Below are positions 8,993 to 18,770 of a stretch of DNA of 64,000 bases, in pieces. Location: NCBI GenBank assembly GCA_963677495.2, contig CAXXOU010000004.1, forward strand, positions 1,344,001-1,408,000, written 5' to 3'. Position numbers and translations under genes: made by a program. Within the stretch, counting starts at the first letter, position 1. Each line of letters starts with the position of its first letter. Source of the DNA: Candidatus Cloacimonadales bacterium (lineage in GTDB: Bacteria; Cloacimonadota; Cloacimonadia; Cloacimonadales; JAFGVF01). Below the pieces are notes generated by a model. It searched no databases, was not told the origin of the DNA, and saw only the letters and a program-made list of their open reading frames with translations.

Positions 8993-11956
8993 ATGATATC
9001 AGATAGTTTTGGCAGTCTACTCCGACAATCCCGATTTGGAAGTAATGATTTTCATCGTCTTATGAAGAAAAGAGTAAGTCGTATACTCTTGGTTTCATCT
9101 TTTTACGACGCTTATATATTTGAACAAGATGGTAATTTCTCTGAGCAGATCTTTGGAGAATATAGAGAGTATAACCTTTCAGCTGTACCAAGAATTGTGC
9201 ATGTTCCAACTATTGAAGATGCTCTAGCTAAATTAGATGAAGATCATTTTGATCTGGTTATCACTATGATGAGGATTGGAGAAACTATCCCCTATCGTCT
9301 TAGTAGCACTATTAAAGAACGCTTTCCTGAACTACCGGTGTTACTACTATTGAATGTTCAGTCTGACATTGCTTTGATTAGGAGTAATCCTGATAAAATG
9401 AAGTACATTGATGATGTTTTCCTTTGGAATGGTGATAGTAAACTATTCCTAGCGATGATTAAGAGTATAGAGGATAGGATTAATCTGGAAGAGGATACAA
9501 AAAACAGCTTTGTAAGTGTTATCCTGATTGTGGAAGACTCTGTTAATTTCTACTCCTCTTTCCTACCGCTCATTTACACTGAGATTATGATGCAAACTCA
9601 AAGAATCATTGAGTCTGAAATCAACGATATGAACAAGAGATATAGGATGCGTACTCGTCCAAAGGTTATTCTGGTTCATAACTACGAAGATGCGTTAGAT
9701 GTATACAAGAACTATAAAGAGTATATTATCGGTGTAATCACTGATATTGAGTATCCGGTAAACGGTAAACTGAATCCTCAAGCGGGAATCAATCTAATGA
9801 AGCAGATAAGGTCCTCTGATGGGCATTTGCCAATATTGCTACAATCATCTGATACACAATGGGCTAATTATGTAGAAAACTTCCATGCTCAGTTTGTAAG
9901 TAAGCAATCAAAGTCATTGCTTAAAGACCTAAAGAAATTTATACATTTCTACTTGGGTTATGGTGAGATTATCTTTTGCGACGAGCGTGGTAATGAGTTT
10001 ACTCGTGCTAATACACTGAATGACTTGGAGAAATGCCTTAATACTATCCCGGACTCCTCACTTCTGTATCATAGTAATTATAATCACTTCTCAACCTGGT
10101 TAATGGCTCATGGAGAGATAACAGCTGCAAGAAAGATAAAAGAGATACGACCCTGGGTTTTCTATACAACGAAAGAACTGAGAAACTATCTTAGAAGTAT
10201 TTTCAGAGAAGTTAGGATTGAGAAATCCAGAGGTAAGATTGTAAACTTCAACCCTAGTAACCTTAAGATAAGAAATCAGATTGTGAAGTTGTCTGAAGGG
10301 TCTTTAGGTGGTAAAGGTAGAGGTCTAGCTTTTCTAAATAATCTGCTGACTATTATTAGTAATGAAGAGAAATATGATTCCATTTTTATAACATTGCCCT
10401 TAACAGCCATTATTGGTACTCATGAGTATGATGACTTCATTGAAAATAACACGATAACTACTGCCATAACTCTGCTACCGGATGAGGAGATTGCCACAAT
10501 CTTCATGAAAGGGAAACTGTCAGTCGAACTTTTAAGAAAACTGGATATTTATCTTGATACAATTAGAAAACCAATTGCTGTGAGATCATCAGGTTTATTG
10601 GAAGATTCTCAGGCTCAACCTTTTGCAGGTATCTATTCTACCTATATGCTTCCTAATAACCATGAAGACAAGGAAGTACGATTAGAACGATTAACACAAG
10701 CTATAAAGCTCGTTTATGCTTCAGTTTATATGCGAACAGCACGATCTTACATTGAGAGTGTTAATTATAAAGTCGAAGAAGAGAAGATGGCTGTAATCAT
10801 TCAAGAAGTTGCAGGCGCTGAACATAAAGGTTTATATTATCCCCATATCTCCGGAGTCGGTCAGTCCTATAACTTCTATCCAACACACAGTCTTGAGCAT
10901 GAAGACGGTATCTGTTCAATGGCAATGGGACTGGGAATTTCTGTTGTTGAAGGTAGCAATATATACCACTTCTCCCCTAAGTATCCCCAAGTCCAATCCA
11001 TAAGTGAAACTGAGATTGTATCTAAGTCGCAGAAACATTTCTTTGCCTTAGACTTGAACAACCACGAATATAATATTCTTGATGGTGAAGATGCAAATCT
11101 GCAACGATTAAGCATCCAACAAGCTGTGCCACATAAGACCTTAACCCATTTAGTTTCAACCTGGGATTATCAGAACAACCGTTTAGTTGATGGTTTCCAG
11201 GAAAAGGGAATGAAGGTTCTTACTTTTGCCAATATTCTTAAATATGACCATATTCCTCTTGCAGAACTGTTAAATGATTTTCTTAAGATTGGTCAGATGG
11301 CTATGGGTGCTCCTGTTGAGATAGAGTTCGCTGTTACTTTACATAGGACGATGAACAAAAACGCTACTTTCAATATCCTACAAATAAGGCCACTCACTAC
11401 TAACTATGAACAGGTGAGAATTGATACTGATTCTCTTAACCCTAATGAGCTGTTCCTTCAAACAACTAGCAGTATGGGATTTGGCAAGAAAGATAACCTC
11501 TATGATATTATCTTTGTTAATCCTCAAAGGTTCAAGAGCACTGAAACTATGGATATGCTGGAAGAGCTTAATGAGCTTAATGCTCAAATGAGAGAGCAAA
11601 ACAGGCCATACATCCTCATCGGATTCGGACGCTGGGGTACAAGGGATGAATTCTTAGGAATTCCTGTAAAATGGGAGAATATAGATAAAGCGAACGTGAT
11701 TGTTGAAGCTGAACTTCCTGACTTCAGAGTTGACCCGTCCCAAGGCACACATTTCTTCCATAATATGGTTGCTATGAATATTGGTTATTTCTCTGTAAGC
11801 TATGATAAGAAAGGTAACAATATTGATTGGGAGTTCCTAATGAATCACCCTCGTCGTAAAGAGGGTAACTATTTCGTTCATATAAGGAGTCATAAGCCAT
11901 TTGAAGTTATGATGGATGGTGAGACCAATACAGCGATTATAAAGAAAGATTTTTAG
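8993..11956 (+). CDS. Receiver-domain-fused PEP synthase/PPDK N-terminal (ATP-grasp) family protein
   Basis: Receiver-like segments (ILIVEDS, VITDIEYP); GSLGGKGRGL, IAVRSSGLLEDS..QPFAGIY, PVEIEFA, GRWG, SQGTHFF motifs. Confidence 0.8.
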   Translation: MISDSFGSLLRQSRFGSNDFHRLMKKRVSRILLVSSFYDAYIFEQDGNFSEQIFGEYREYNLSAVPRIVHVPTIEDALAKLDEDHFDLVITMMRIGETIPYRLSSTIKERFPELPVLLLLNVQSDIALIRSNPDKMKYIDDVFLWNGDSKLFLAMIKSIEDRINLEEDTKNSFVSVILIVEDSVNFYSSFLPLIYTEIMMQTQRIIESEINDMNKRYRMRTRPKVILVHNYEDALDVYKNYKEYIIGVITDIEYPVNGKLNPQAGINLMKQIRSSDGHLPILLQSSDTQWANYVENFHAQFVSKQSKSLLKDLKKFIHFYLGYGEIIFCDERGNEFTRANTLNDLEKCLNTIPDSSLLYHSNYNHFSTWLMAHGEITAARKIKEIRPWVFYTTKELRNYLRSIFREVRIEKSRGKIVNFNPSNLKIRNQIVKLSEGSLGGKGRGLAFLNNLLTIISNEEKYDSIFITLPLTAIIGTHEYDDFIENNTITTAITLLPDEEIATIFMKGKLSVELLRKLDIYLDTIRKPIAVRSSGLLEDSQAQPFAGIYSTYMLPNNHEDKEVRLERLTQAIKLVYASVYMRTARSYIESVNYKVEEEKMAVIIQEVAGAEHKGLYYPHISGVGQSYNFYPTHSLEHEDGICSMAMGLGISVVEGSNIYHFSPKYPQVQSISETEIVSKSQKHFFALDLNNHEYNILDGEDANLQRLSIQQAVPHKTLTHLVSTWDYQNNRLVDGFQEKGMKVLTFANILKYDHIPLAELLNDFLKIGQMAMGAPVEIEFAVTLHRTMNKNATFNILQIRPLTTNYEQVRIDTDSLNPNELFLQTTSSMGFGKKDNLYDIIFVNPQRFKSTETMDMLEELNELNAQMREQNRPYILIGFGRWGTRDEFLGIPVKWENIDKANVIVEAELPDFRVDPSQGTHFFHNMVAMNIGYFSVSYDKKGNNIDWEFLMNHPRRKEGNYFVHIRSHKPFEVMMDGETNTAIIKKDF

Positions 11957-11979
11957 CAATATCATGCATTTTATGAGAT

Positions 11980-12010
11980 AACGTTGCATGGTTTTGAACC
12001 ATGCAACGTT
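11980..12010. terminator. Perfect 14-bp inverted repeat between convergent genes (bidirectional terminator or REP-like hairpin)
   Basis: AACGTTGCATGGTT-ttg-AACCATGCAACGTT. Confidence 0.65.
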
Positions 12011-12047
12011 TAACCTGGGAACACTAATTGATTGTTTTCAATTGTAT

Positions 12048-13139
12048 TTAATTCTTGAATATCCAGTCCAACCCTGTTTTTAATGATGATCTGTCTATAG
12101 TATGTGCACCTTCAAATCTAACATACTTAAGATTATTGTTTAGCATCTTTAGTCGATCAACTGCATCATCGCTCTTTGCAGGTTCTACTATCTTATCCTC
12201 AGTACCATGAGCTATAAATATTTTCATACCAGTACCTTTGGCTATCTCCTCTTCGGATATCTTCTCATGTAACCAACCACCGAAAGCTAATGCACCATCC
12301 ACGATATCAGGATTCCAGAAAGCTGTTTGTAAGCTTAAACCACTTCCTTGCGAAAAACCAAACAAGTAGACGTTCCCAACCATATATTTACCTTTATAAT
12401 GATCAATAACATCTCTTACATACTGATTGGTAGCCATTTCAACTCGTTCATTATACTCCATATCCTCACTCCAATCAAACCAGGAATACCCAACTCTATT
12501 GCCTGATTGGAAAGCATAATGAGCTTCAGGACAGATATAGATAACATTATATTCTTTAATTGTCTTCCAAATGTTTGAATAATTCTTAGCATTATCTCCC
12601 CAACCGTGAAGGCCGATAATTACATCATAGGTCTTTGCTTCATCAAACTCATCAGGTAAATACACAAAGCTTTTGGCAAAACTCTTCGTTGGGATATTAT
12701 CAACAATGAGCTTCTCATCCATACCATTACCAAGATAGTCATTGATTTTGTCTGTAATCTCCTGGAACTCAGGGTACTCTTTAACCTTATCAAAATCGGT
12801 ATCTTTAAGGACATGTGCATAGTCTTCGTATCCTGTTTGGAACGAGTACTTTAGAAATTTTGTTGCGTTCTCTCCGTCACCTTTAAGTCCATAACAACAA
12901 GCTAAATTATACAATCCAATCGAGTTCTTCTTATCCTGTTGTAAAGTAGCAGTATATACTTCGATTGCTTTATCAAGGTCCCCTTCCTGGTAATGCTTCC
13001 CGGCAACTTGATATAGTGAATCAAGATTAACAAATTCGTATTCAGATAAACCATGATTTGACGTTTCGACAATAACTGTGCTATTAGATGCACAACCTAT
13101 TAAAAAAGCTAATAAAATGAGACTTATAAAGTATTTCAT
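12048..13139 (-). CDS. Lipoprotein with TPR repeats and an alpha/beta-hydrolase (phospholipase/carboxylesterase) domain
   Basis: ATG at 13139 after SD GGAGG; lipobox FLIGC; TPR YNLACCY; LHGWG, GFSQG nucleophile, HGTED..V, GAH. Confidence 0.8.
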   Translation of the reverse strand: MKYFISLILLAFLIGCASNSTVIVETSNHGLSEYEFVNLDSLYQVAGKHYQEGDLDKAIEVYTATLQQDKKNSIGLYNLACCYGLKGDGENATKFLKYSFQTGYEDYAHVLKDTDFDKVKEYPEFQEITDKINDYLGNGMDEKLIVDNIPTKSFAKSFVYLPDEFDEAKTYDVIIGLHGWGDNAKNYSNIWKTIKEYNVIYICPEAHYAFQSGNRVGYSWFDWSEDMEYNERVEMATNQYVRDVIDHYKGKYMVGNVYLFGFSQGSGLSLQTAFWNPDIVDGALAFGGWLHEKISEEEIAKGTGMKIFIAHGTEDKIVEPAKSDDAVDRLKMLNNNLKYVRFEGAHTIDRSSLKTGLDWIFKN

Positions 13140-13211
13140 CTCTACCTCCAACCCCATCGATAAGTGAATTGAAATCAGTTGTCAAATAGTTTTAGGGATT
13201 TTTTAATATGT

Positions 13212-13240
13212 AAAAAAGCCCTATCCGAAGATAGGGCTTT
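13212..13240 (-). terminator. Intrinsic terminator of the selenoprotein gene
   Basis: AAAGCCCTATC/GATAGGGCTTT hairpin; A run on + strand gives a U tail on - strand. Confidence 0.8.
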
Positions 13241-13259
13241 AAATATGTATCTTTAAGTA

Positions 13260-15125
13260 TTATTTCATATAGATAGTCTTCATGTTTCTTACGAAATCAG
13301 AAGCTGTAACTCTGTAGAAATAGATACCATTAGGTACTGAGTTGTTTCTTGCATCTGTACCATTCCAAGTGATTTTATGATCACCTTGGTTAAGAGTACT
13401 ATTTACAAGAGTGTTGACCAACTGACCTTTCACATTGTAGATTTCAACTTTAACATCATCATTTTGTTTGAGTGAGAATGTAAGGTTAGAAACCTGTGAG
13501 AATGGGTTTGGTGAAATAGAGAGTGTATTGCCGATAGTAGCAACATTCTCATCATTACCTACAGTGCCATTCTCAACGATTACTGTTACAACATTTGAAG
13601 GTTCAGAATTAGTAAGAGGGTTATCATATATAGCTGTTACGTGATAATCATAAGTACCATCAGCAACATTAAAATCTGTATATGTAAGTGTGTTAGCATT
13701 TGGAATAGTAGCATGAGAAAGACCGTTCCTGAATAATCTGTATCCGAAAAGGGCACGCTGATCAGTCAGTGGATTTTCCCAGTTAAGTGTGATGTCGTTT
13801 CCATCAGCAACATAGTTTAAACCCCATGGTGCTTGTAACGGAATAATCATATCAGTTGCATTTGATTCTACAAGTGGACCAGGCATAGTATGTTCATCTA
13901 CAGGTAAAACTGTAAACTTAATCATATAGCCAATATAGTCAGCACTGATTTGCATAACCATTGGGTCGTTTGAGTTATGCTCAAATGTCTCCCAGTTTGT
14001 ACCATCTTGTGATTTATACCAAATAACTTCTGTCTCACCTTCCATATCACCATCAAGGTCAACGAAAGTATAACTTGCAGTTATAAACTCATTCTGCATT
14101 GCAACACCTGTTAGTGTTACAGTATCAGCCATTGGAGCCTGGTTAGTAAAACCAACACCATTTAATGGAATTTCAACATACTCAAATCCAGCAATGTCAG
14201 TAGAGATTGCGATTAAACCAGTATACTCCATATCAGCTGTAGGTGCAAATGAAACTGTATACTGCTGCTCTCCACCCGGTGCGAGTTGAAGAGTTGCAGG
14301 ATCAGTCATAGTGTAACCGTCACCAACTAATGTTAATGAGAAGTTAGCTGTGTTTGGAGAGATGTTGATAACTTTGAAAGTTTTCTCGAATACACCACCA
14401 ATGTATGAATCGCCAAAATCCATACCTGTAGATGTTACTGGAGAGCTACCACATTCAGCAGCTTGATAGATATAAGGATATGCTGAATCAAATGATTGAA
14501 TCATAACATACCCGGTAAGTGTTTCAGGATCCCATGATTGATCAACAGCAAGTTCCATACTGTAAGAACCTGAATCACCTGCTGTGTTGATAGGTAAATC
14601 CATATCTCCATAAGCTACAACACTACTGAAATATTCATCACTCTGATGTCTTGCAATAACAAAAACAACTTTGTTATTACCATATTGTAAATCATTCTCA
14701 AGCTGTACATCAGCGATTACATTGTAACCTGTAGCAGTTGGAACAAAGAAACCTGCTAATGCAACAGGGCTTGGATCGTCCCAAAGGTTGTTATAGATTG
14801 GTAAATATTGTGATGCGTAAGCTGTAGTAGCAGCACCAATTTCAAGCTCAACGCCCTGGAAAGCACATTGAGGGATACCATTAGATAATGATCCAACTAA
14901 ACCACGACGGGCAGAATAGTTAGGGGATGCATTAGCTGTGTCACCTTGCCAAATAAGGGGAACAACATTAGGATGGTTTTCATATAACGTAAGCAGACCT
15001 GCTCTTGCTCTTGGACAGTATCCTCACCAACTTTCCGTGAAGACTTCGCCCACAACATTTATCTGTGCGGCAAATGCTGATAAAGCAAGAAGCAATAAAG
15101 CGAAAAGTATTAGACTTCTCTTCAT
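13260..15125 (-). CDS. Secreted selenoprotein (621 aa, Sec34): Omp28/thioredoxin-like UxxC domain, Ig-like domains, FN3 domain and T9SS-type CTD
   Basis: SD AAAGGAG then ATG at 15125; MKRSLILFALLLLALSAFA signal; EVFTESW-TGA(15026-15024)-GYCP; frame otherwise open and continuous into ORF 14603..13260; SECIS-like hairpin downstream. Confidence 0.85.
14991..15004 (-). promoter_or_regulatory. Candidate bacterial SECIS element
   Basis: mRNA GAGCAGGUCUGCUU hairpin; core GCAGGUCUGC follows a 21-nt spacer after the UGA and matches the E. coli fdhF SECIS apical core. Confidence 0.75.
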
Positions 15126-15504
15126 AATTCACTCCTTTCTTATCGAAGATTTAACATAATATTGAAAAACCTTTGATAGTTGTCAAACAATTTTTGAGTA
15201 TTTCCTACATTTTATTTAGTGTCTTGATTCTTTACACTGTTAATCCCCAATACCCCTCTATAAAAGGGTATAGAGTAATTATTTACCAATAAAACTATAC
15301 ATATTCCAAGCCCAGCGCCCCCTTTTTTATGGGTGAAACTAGTATCACATTCTTTACCAAATCATTGCGTTTCTTCTAGAAAAGTTAGAAATTTGTTAAA
15401 CAAAAGCCTAAATATTTGGTTTAGCATTAGTTACTATTATGTTTTTTCTTGACTCCAAATTTCATTATGCTTAATCTTGTTTTAACAAAAAGGAGGAAGT
15501 TGTT

Positions 15505-16656
15505 ATGAAAAAAATCATACTTCTTTGTTTAGTGACTCTGATATCGCTTAGCGTGTTCGCTCAAAGCCCACGCTTAATGAGTATGGGAGATGTAGAAGGT
15601 TATTTAGCAGATTCTGAAGATATCTTCACATATCCTGCAACAATTCACAAATATGGTAACACTGCCTACGCTTATCTTGGTGGATGGTCCGGTGATCAAA
15701 ACAACTACAATTTCGGTGTAAATCTAGCAATAAACGAATTTATGTTAGGTGCTTACTTTAACAAGCCTGTTTTCGAATATGCAACAGATCCGGAGATAGT
15801 ATTGCCAGGTGTAGTATTAGACAAGCAGATGGAGTTATTCTTTGGTTTCAAAGAAAATATGGCTATCTATTTTGCTCTAGCTATGGATGGATTAACTGAA
15901 CCTGGTATTGATGCTGACAATGAGGATACAGAAGTTGCAATGAATTTTGCATTTGGTTATGGTTATTCAACTGATAAAATGGACATCGGTGTTCATTTCG
16001 CTATGCCAGTTTTTGCATCAGAAGTATATGTAGCTGATGGTGAATCTATTGAAGAAAGTGAAGCTGGTTTTGGATTTGGAATTGATGGAAGAATCACTTT
16101 TGCAAAAGTAGGCAAAGTAGATTTTGTTGGAAAAGGTGCATTAGGTTTCTTCGCTAGTGCATATGACGATGGTGTCGATGATACAAAAGATATTGAGAAC
16201 ACAATGTTCGGTTTAGATCTTGGTGTTGCCGGTATTTATAATCATGATGAGAACAATAAAGTCATTTTTGGTTGCACACCATTTGCAATTAATATGGATA
16301 ATAATGACGACGGTACAACAACAAACACAGAACTTGAGCTCTTTGCTCCTGTTTTTAACATTGGTTTGGAGTCAAAAGTATTGAGTTGGCTTGTAGTTCG
16401 TGCAGGTGCAACTCAAGAATATTGGTCAACAACAGAAAATGAAGAGATAGAAGTTGCAGATGCTGATAACATTGAGAACACAACTACTACATGGGATAGT
16501 GCATTTAACTATAACATGGGTATGGGCGTTAAATTCAAAAACTTCTGCCTTGACTTCACATTCGAAGAGGACTTCCTACATAACGGTCCGAACTTCATTA
16601 CAGGACAGAATACCGGAGATATAGCCGGTGAAATGATGCTTAAGTACAAGTTCTAA
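15505..16656 (+). CDS. Probable outer-membrane beta-barrel protein
   Basis: Signal peptide; alternating amphipathic strands; C-terminal aromatic LKYKF; SD AGGAGG. Confidence 0.65.
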   Translation: MKKIILLCLVTLISLSVFAQSPRLMSMGDVEGYLADSEDIFTYPATIHKYGNTAYAYLGGWSGDQNNYNFGVNLAINEFMLGAYFNKPVFEYATDPEIVLPGVVLDKQMELFFGFKENMAIYFALAMDGLTEPGIDADNEDTEVAMNFAFGYGYSTDKMDIGVHFAMPVFASEVYVADGESIEESEAGFGFGIDGRITFAKVGKVDFVGKGALGFFASAYDDGVDDTKDIENTMFGLDLGVAGIYNHDENNKVIFGCTPFAINMDNNDDGTTTNTELELFAPVFNIGLESKVLSWLVVRAGATQEYWSTTENEEIEVADADNIENTTTTWDSAFNYNMGMGVKFKNFCLDFTFEEDFLHNGPNFITGQNTGDIAGEMMLKYKF

Positions 16657-16675
16657 TTTATTAACTAATAATCTA

Positions 16676-16704
16676 GGCCTGCTGATTTTTATCCAGCAGG
16701 CTTT
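16676..16704 (+). terminator. Intrinsic terminator
   Basis: GCCTGCTG/CAGCAGGC stem plus TTTT. Confidence 0.7.
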
Positions 16705-16837
16705 TCTATTTATAGTTCATTACTCGAAACTCTATTGTTATGAGTATAAATTCACCTTTGATAATTTCTACAAGATTGCTTGACTATTTTTTTTACCTTC
16801 TGAAAGTAGGGAAAAATAACATTTAGTTGAGGAGTAG

Positions 16838-17161
16838 ATGATGGATAATAATCAAGGGCTACAGATAAATTTTGAGAACCTTATGAAGCTTGGTTTTGCT
16901 GTTATTGATGTTAGATTTAAAGAATATGAAGTTACCAATTCCCATTATAAATATGTGATTGCTGCTGTTGATTCTGATAGAGAAGAGTTTTACACACAAA
17001 TGCTTAAAACATATACTGGAAAAGAGTTCAAAATAGGTGAAGTTCAAGATGTCTGGATTGCTATCTTAGAGCACAAAATCAAAATGAGCATGATTCTCAA
17101 ACGTGATATTGCTATTAAAGTTGCAGCAATGGATTATGTGGAGACTCGTCTAGCTCAATAA
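16838..17161 (+). CDS. Small protein resembling the DUF4032 family
   Basis: W..ILEHK..MS....RDI...AA.DY motif recalled from DUF4032; SD GAGGAG. Confidence 0.55.
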   Translation: MMDNNQGLQINFENLMKLGFAVIDVRFKEYEVTNSHYKYVIAAVDSDREEFYTQMLKTYTGKEFKIGEVQDVWIAILEHKIKMSMILKRDIAIKVAAMDYVETRLAQ

Positions 17162-17163
17162 AT

Positions 17164-17565
17164 ATGGAAAAATCGCTTTTATTAATCAAACCGGATGCAA
17201 CTAAGGCTCGTAAAATCGGAGAGATTATCTCAATCCTGGAAGGAAAGAAATACAAAATTGAAGAGTTGGTCATGTTTAAATTTACTAAAGAACTCGCAGA
17301 ACAGTTCTATGCTGTTCATAGAGAAAAAGAGTTCTTTAAAGATTTACTAGGATTCATGTGCTCAGGAAAAACTGTCGCTATTACAGTGTCCGGACGCAAT
17401 GTTATATCAAGACTTAGGCATTTAATCGGACCAACTGACCCTGAAGAATGTGGACCGGAATCTATTCGAGGACGTTTTGCAACTTCAATTAGACGAAATG
17501 CAGTTCATGCATCAGATTCTGAAGAAAGTTTCAAGGCAGAACATAGTGCTATTTTTGGCTGTTAA
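17164..17565 (+). CDS. ndk: Nucleoside diphosphate kinase
   Basis: LLLIKPDA, FY.VH..K.FF, IGPTDP, SIRG.F, NAVHASDS. Confidence 0.95.
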   Translation: MEKSLLLIKPDATKARKIGEIISILEGKKYKIEELVMFKFTKELAEQFYAVHREKEFFKDLLGFMCSGKTVAITVSGRNVISRLRHLIGPTDPEECGPESIRGRFATSIRRNAVHASDSEESFKAEHSAIFGC

Positions 17566-17581
17566 AATATAACTTTTATAC

Positions 17582-17610
17582 GGCCTATCCTTTTTGATAG
17601 GCCTTTTTTT
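17582..17610 (+). terminator. Intrinsic terminator
   Basis: GGCCTATC/GATAGGCC stem plus T run. Confidence 0.85.
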
Positions 17611-17632
17611 ATTCCTACTGCTTTCCATTTAA

Positions 17633-17957
17633 CAAAACGCAATCATCCCACTGTTTTCCCACTGTGCACGCACTGTGCACCCAGTGAAACAGTGGGTTGA
17701 CAGTGCCTTCACAGTGGGATCACAGTGCGTGCACAGTGCGTTGGTAATTTGAGCAGTGAAAGTGCCTAAAAAGGGCAATAAATATAGCTAAGCTATTGCA
17801 AATTGCACTGTGTGTGTTAATCTAAAGCTGTCGCAAAAGCGACCAAAGGGAGATGGGCGAATAGCGCGAAATGGTAAAGATACAACGCTATGAGTCCAAC
17901 TCGTTTACTCGCTATGACTCCGATGTTGTAAGTCATTGCAAATGGCACTGAGTATGT
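17633..17957 (+). repeat. Composite intergenic repeat, copy 1 (11-bp-periodic CACTG/CAGTG array plus 29-bp direct-repeat module)
   Basis: Colinear similarity to 39859-40115 (+) and 57361-57685 (-). Confidence 0.9.
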
Positions 17958-18212
17958 CACCCTGAGCAAAGTCAAAACCGTCTTTCAACTGGAGTATGAC
18001 TGACAATTGACTTTCCTACTATCTCTCATAGGGCATCTTTGTAGCAGGCTTAGTCTATATGCATTTTTAGAAGTCCGTTTCCCCAACGCAAGATTCCCAT
18101 AAGACAAACTCCCAGAAATGCAGTAATCGTTATCAAACAAGCTAAGAAAAATAATGATTGACAACAACAATGATTAGTTCAGTATTTATTAAACATGAAA
18201 ACGGAGGTTGTT

Positions 18213-18770
18213 ATGTTAGAAGAACAAGAATTTGAGCATGTTGATGCTGAAGAGATAGATAAAGATGATATAAAAGATATCGAGGATAAGATCGTCTTTA
18301 CGGATGAAAAGAAACTCTTTCAATTCTATGAGAAGCTACGTTGCCATTGTACTCAGTCTGCCGGAAAAAAGACCGGGAAAATTGGCAAAGAAGTAACAGA
18401 ACTACTTCTATTCTTACCCGATTTCTTTATGCTGACTGTTAGACTTTTTATAGATAAGAGAACCCCACGAAGAGTGAAAGTAATTTTAGGTGGAGTTATA
18501 GCTTATCTTCTGATGCCTTGGGATATTATACCTGATTTCATCCCTATCATCGGTTATGTTGATGACCTTGTTTTGGTTGTGATTGCACTAAACAGTATGT
18601 TAAATGAAATTGAACCTGAAGTTGTACTTGATAACTGGAGTGGTAAAGAAAAACCGTTGACCATTATTCAACAGGTTATAGCTGTGACTGAGAAGTTTCT
18701 ATCTAAAAACATCCTTGTGAAGATAAAGAAGATAGTAACAACACTATTATCGGAGAATGAAAAGAGATGA
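18213..18770 (+). CDS. YkvA/DUF1232 family membrane protein
   Basis: AYLLMPWDIIPDFIPIIGYVDD motif; ATG at 18213 after SD GGAGG. Confidence 0.85.
   Translation: MLEEQEFEHVDAEEIDKDDIKDIEDKIVFTDEKKLFQFYEKLRCHCTQSAGKKTGKIGKEVTELLLFLPDFFMLTVRLFIDKRTPRRVKVILGGVIAYLLMPWDIIPDFIPIIGYVDDLVLVVIALNSMLNEIEPEVVLDNWSGKEKPLTIIQQVIAVTEKFLSKNILVKIKKIVTTLLSENEKR

Noticed and set aside
15024..15026. Genome-wide TGA reassignment (code 4 or 25)
   Set aside because: TGA terminates normal genes here (18770, 49937, 51193, 60729) and long ORFs contain no other in-frame TGA.
14938..15159. 73-aa plus-strand ORF
   Set aside because: Antisense shadow of the selenoprotein 5' region, which has the SD, signal peptide and redox motif.
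17649..17738. CRISPR array interpretation of the CACTG repeats
   Set aside because: The unit is 11 bp with a 5-nt core and flips orientation; there are no 23-47-bp repeats with unique ~30-bp spacers and no cas genes.
17985..18170. 61-aa ORF or riboswitch
   Set aside because: No SD or family motifs, and no riboswitch consensus recognised.
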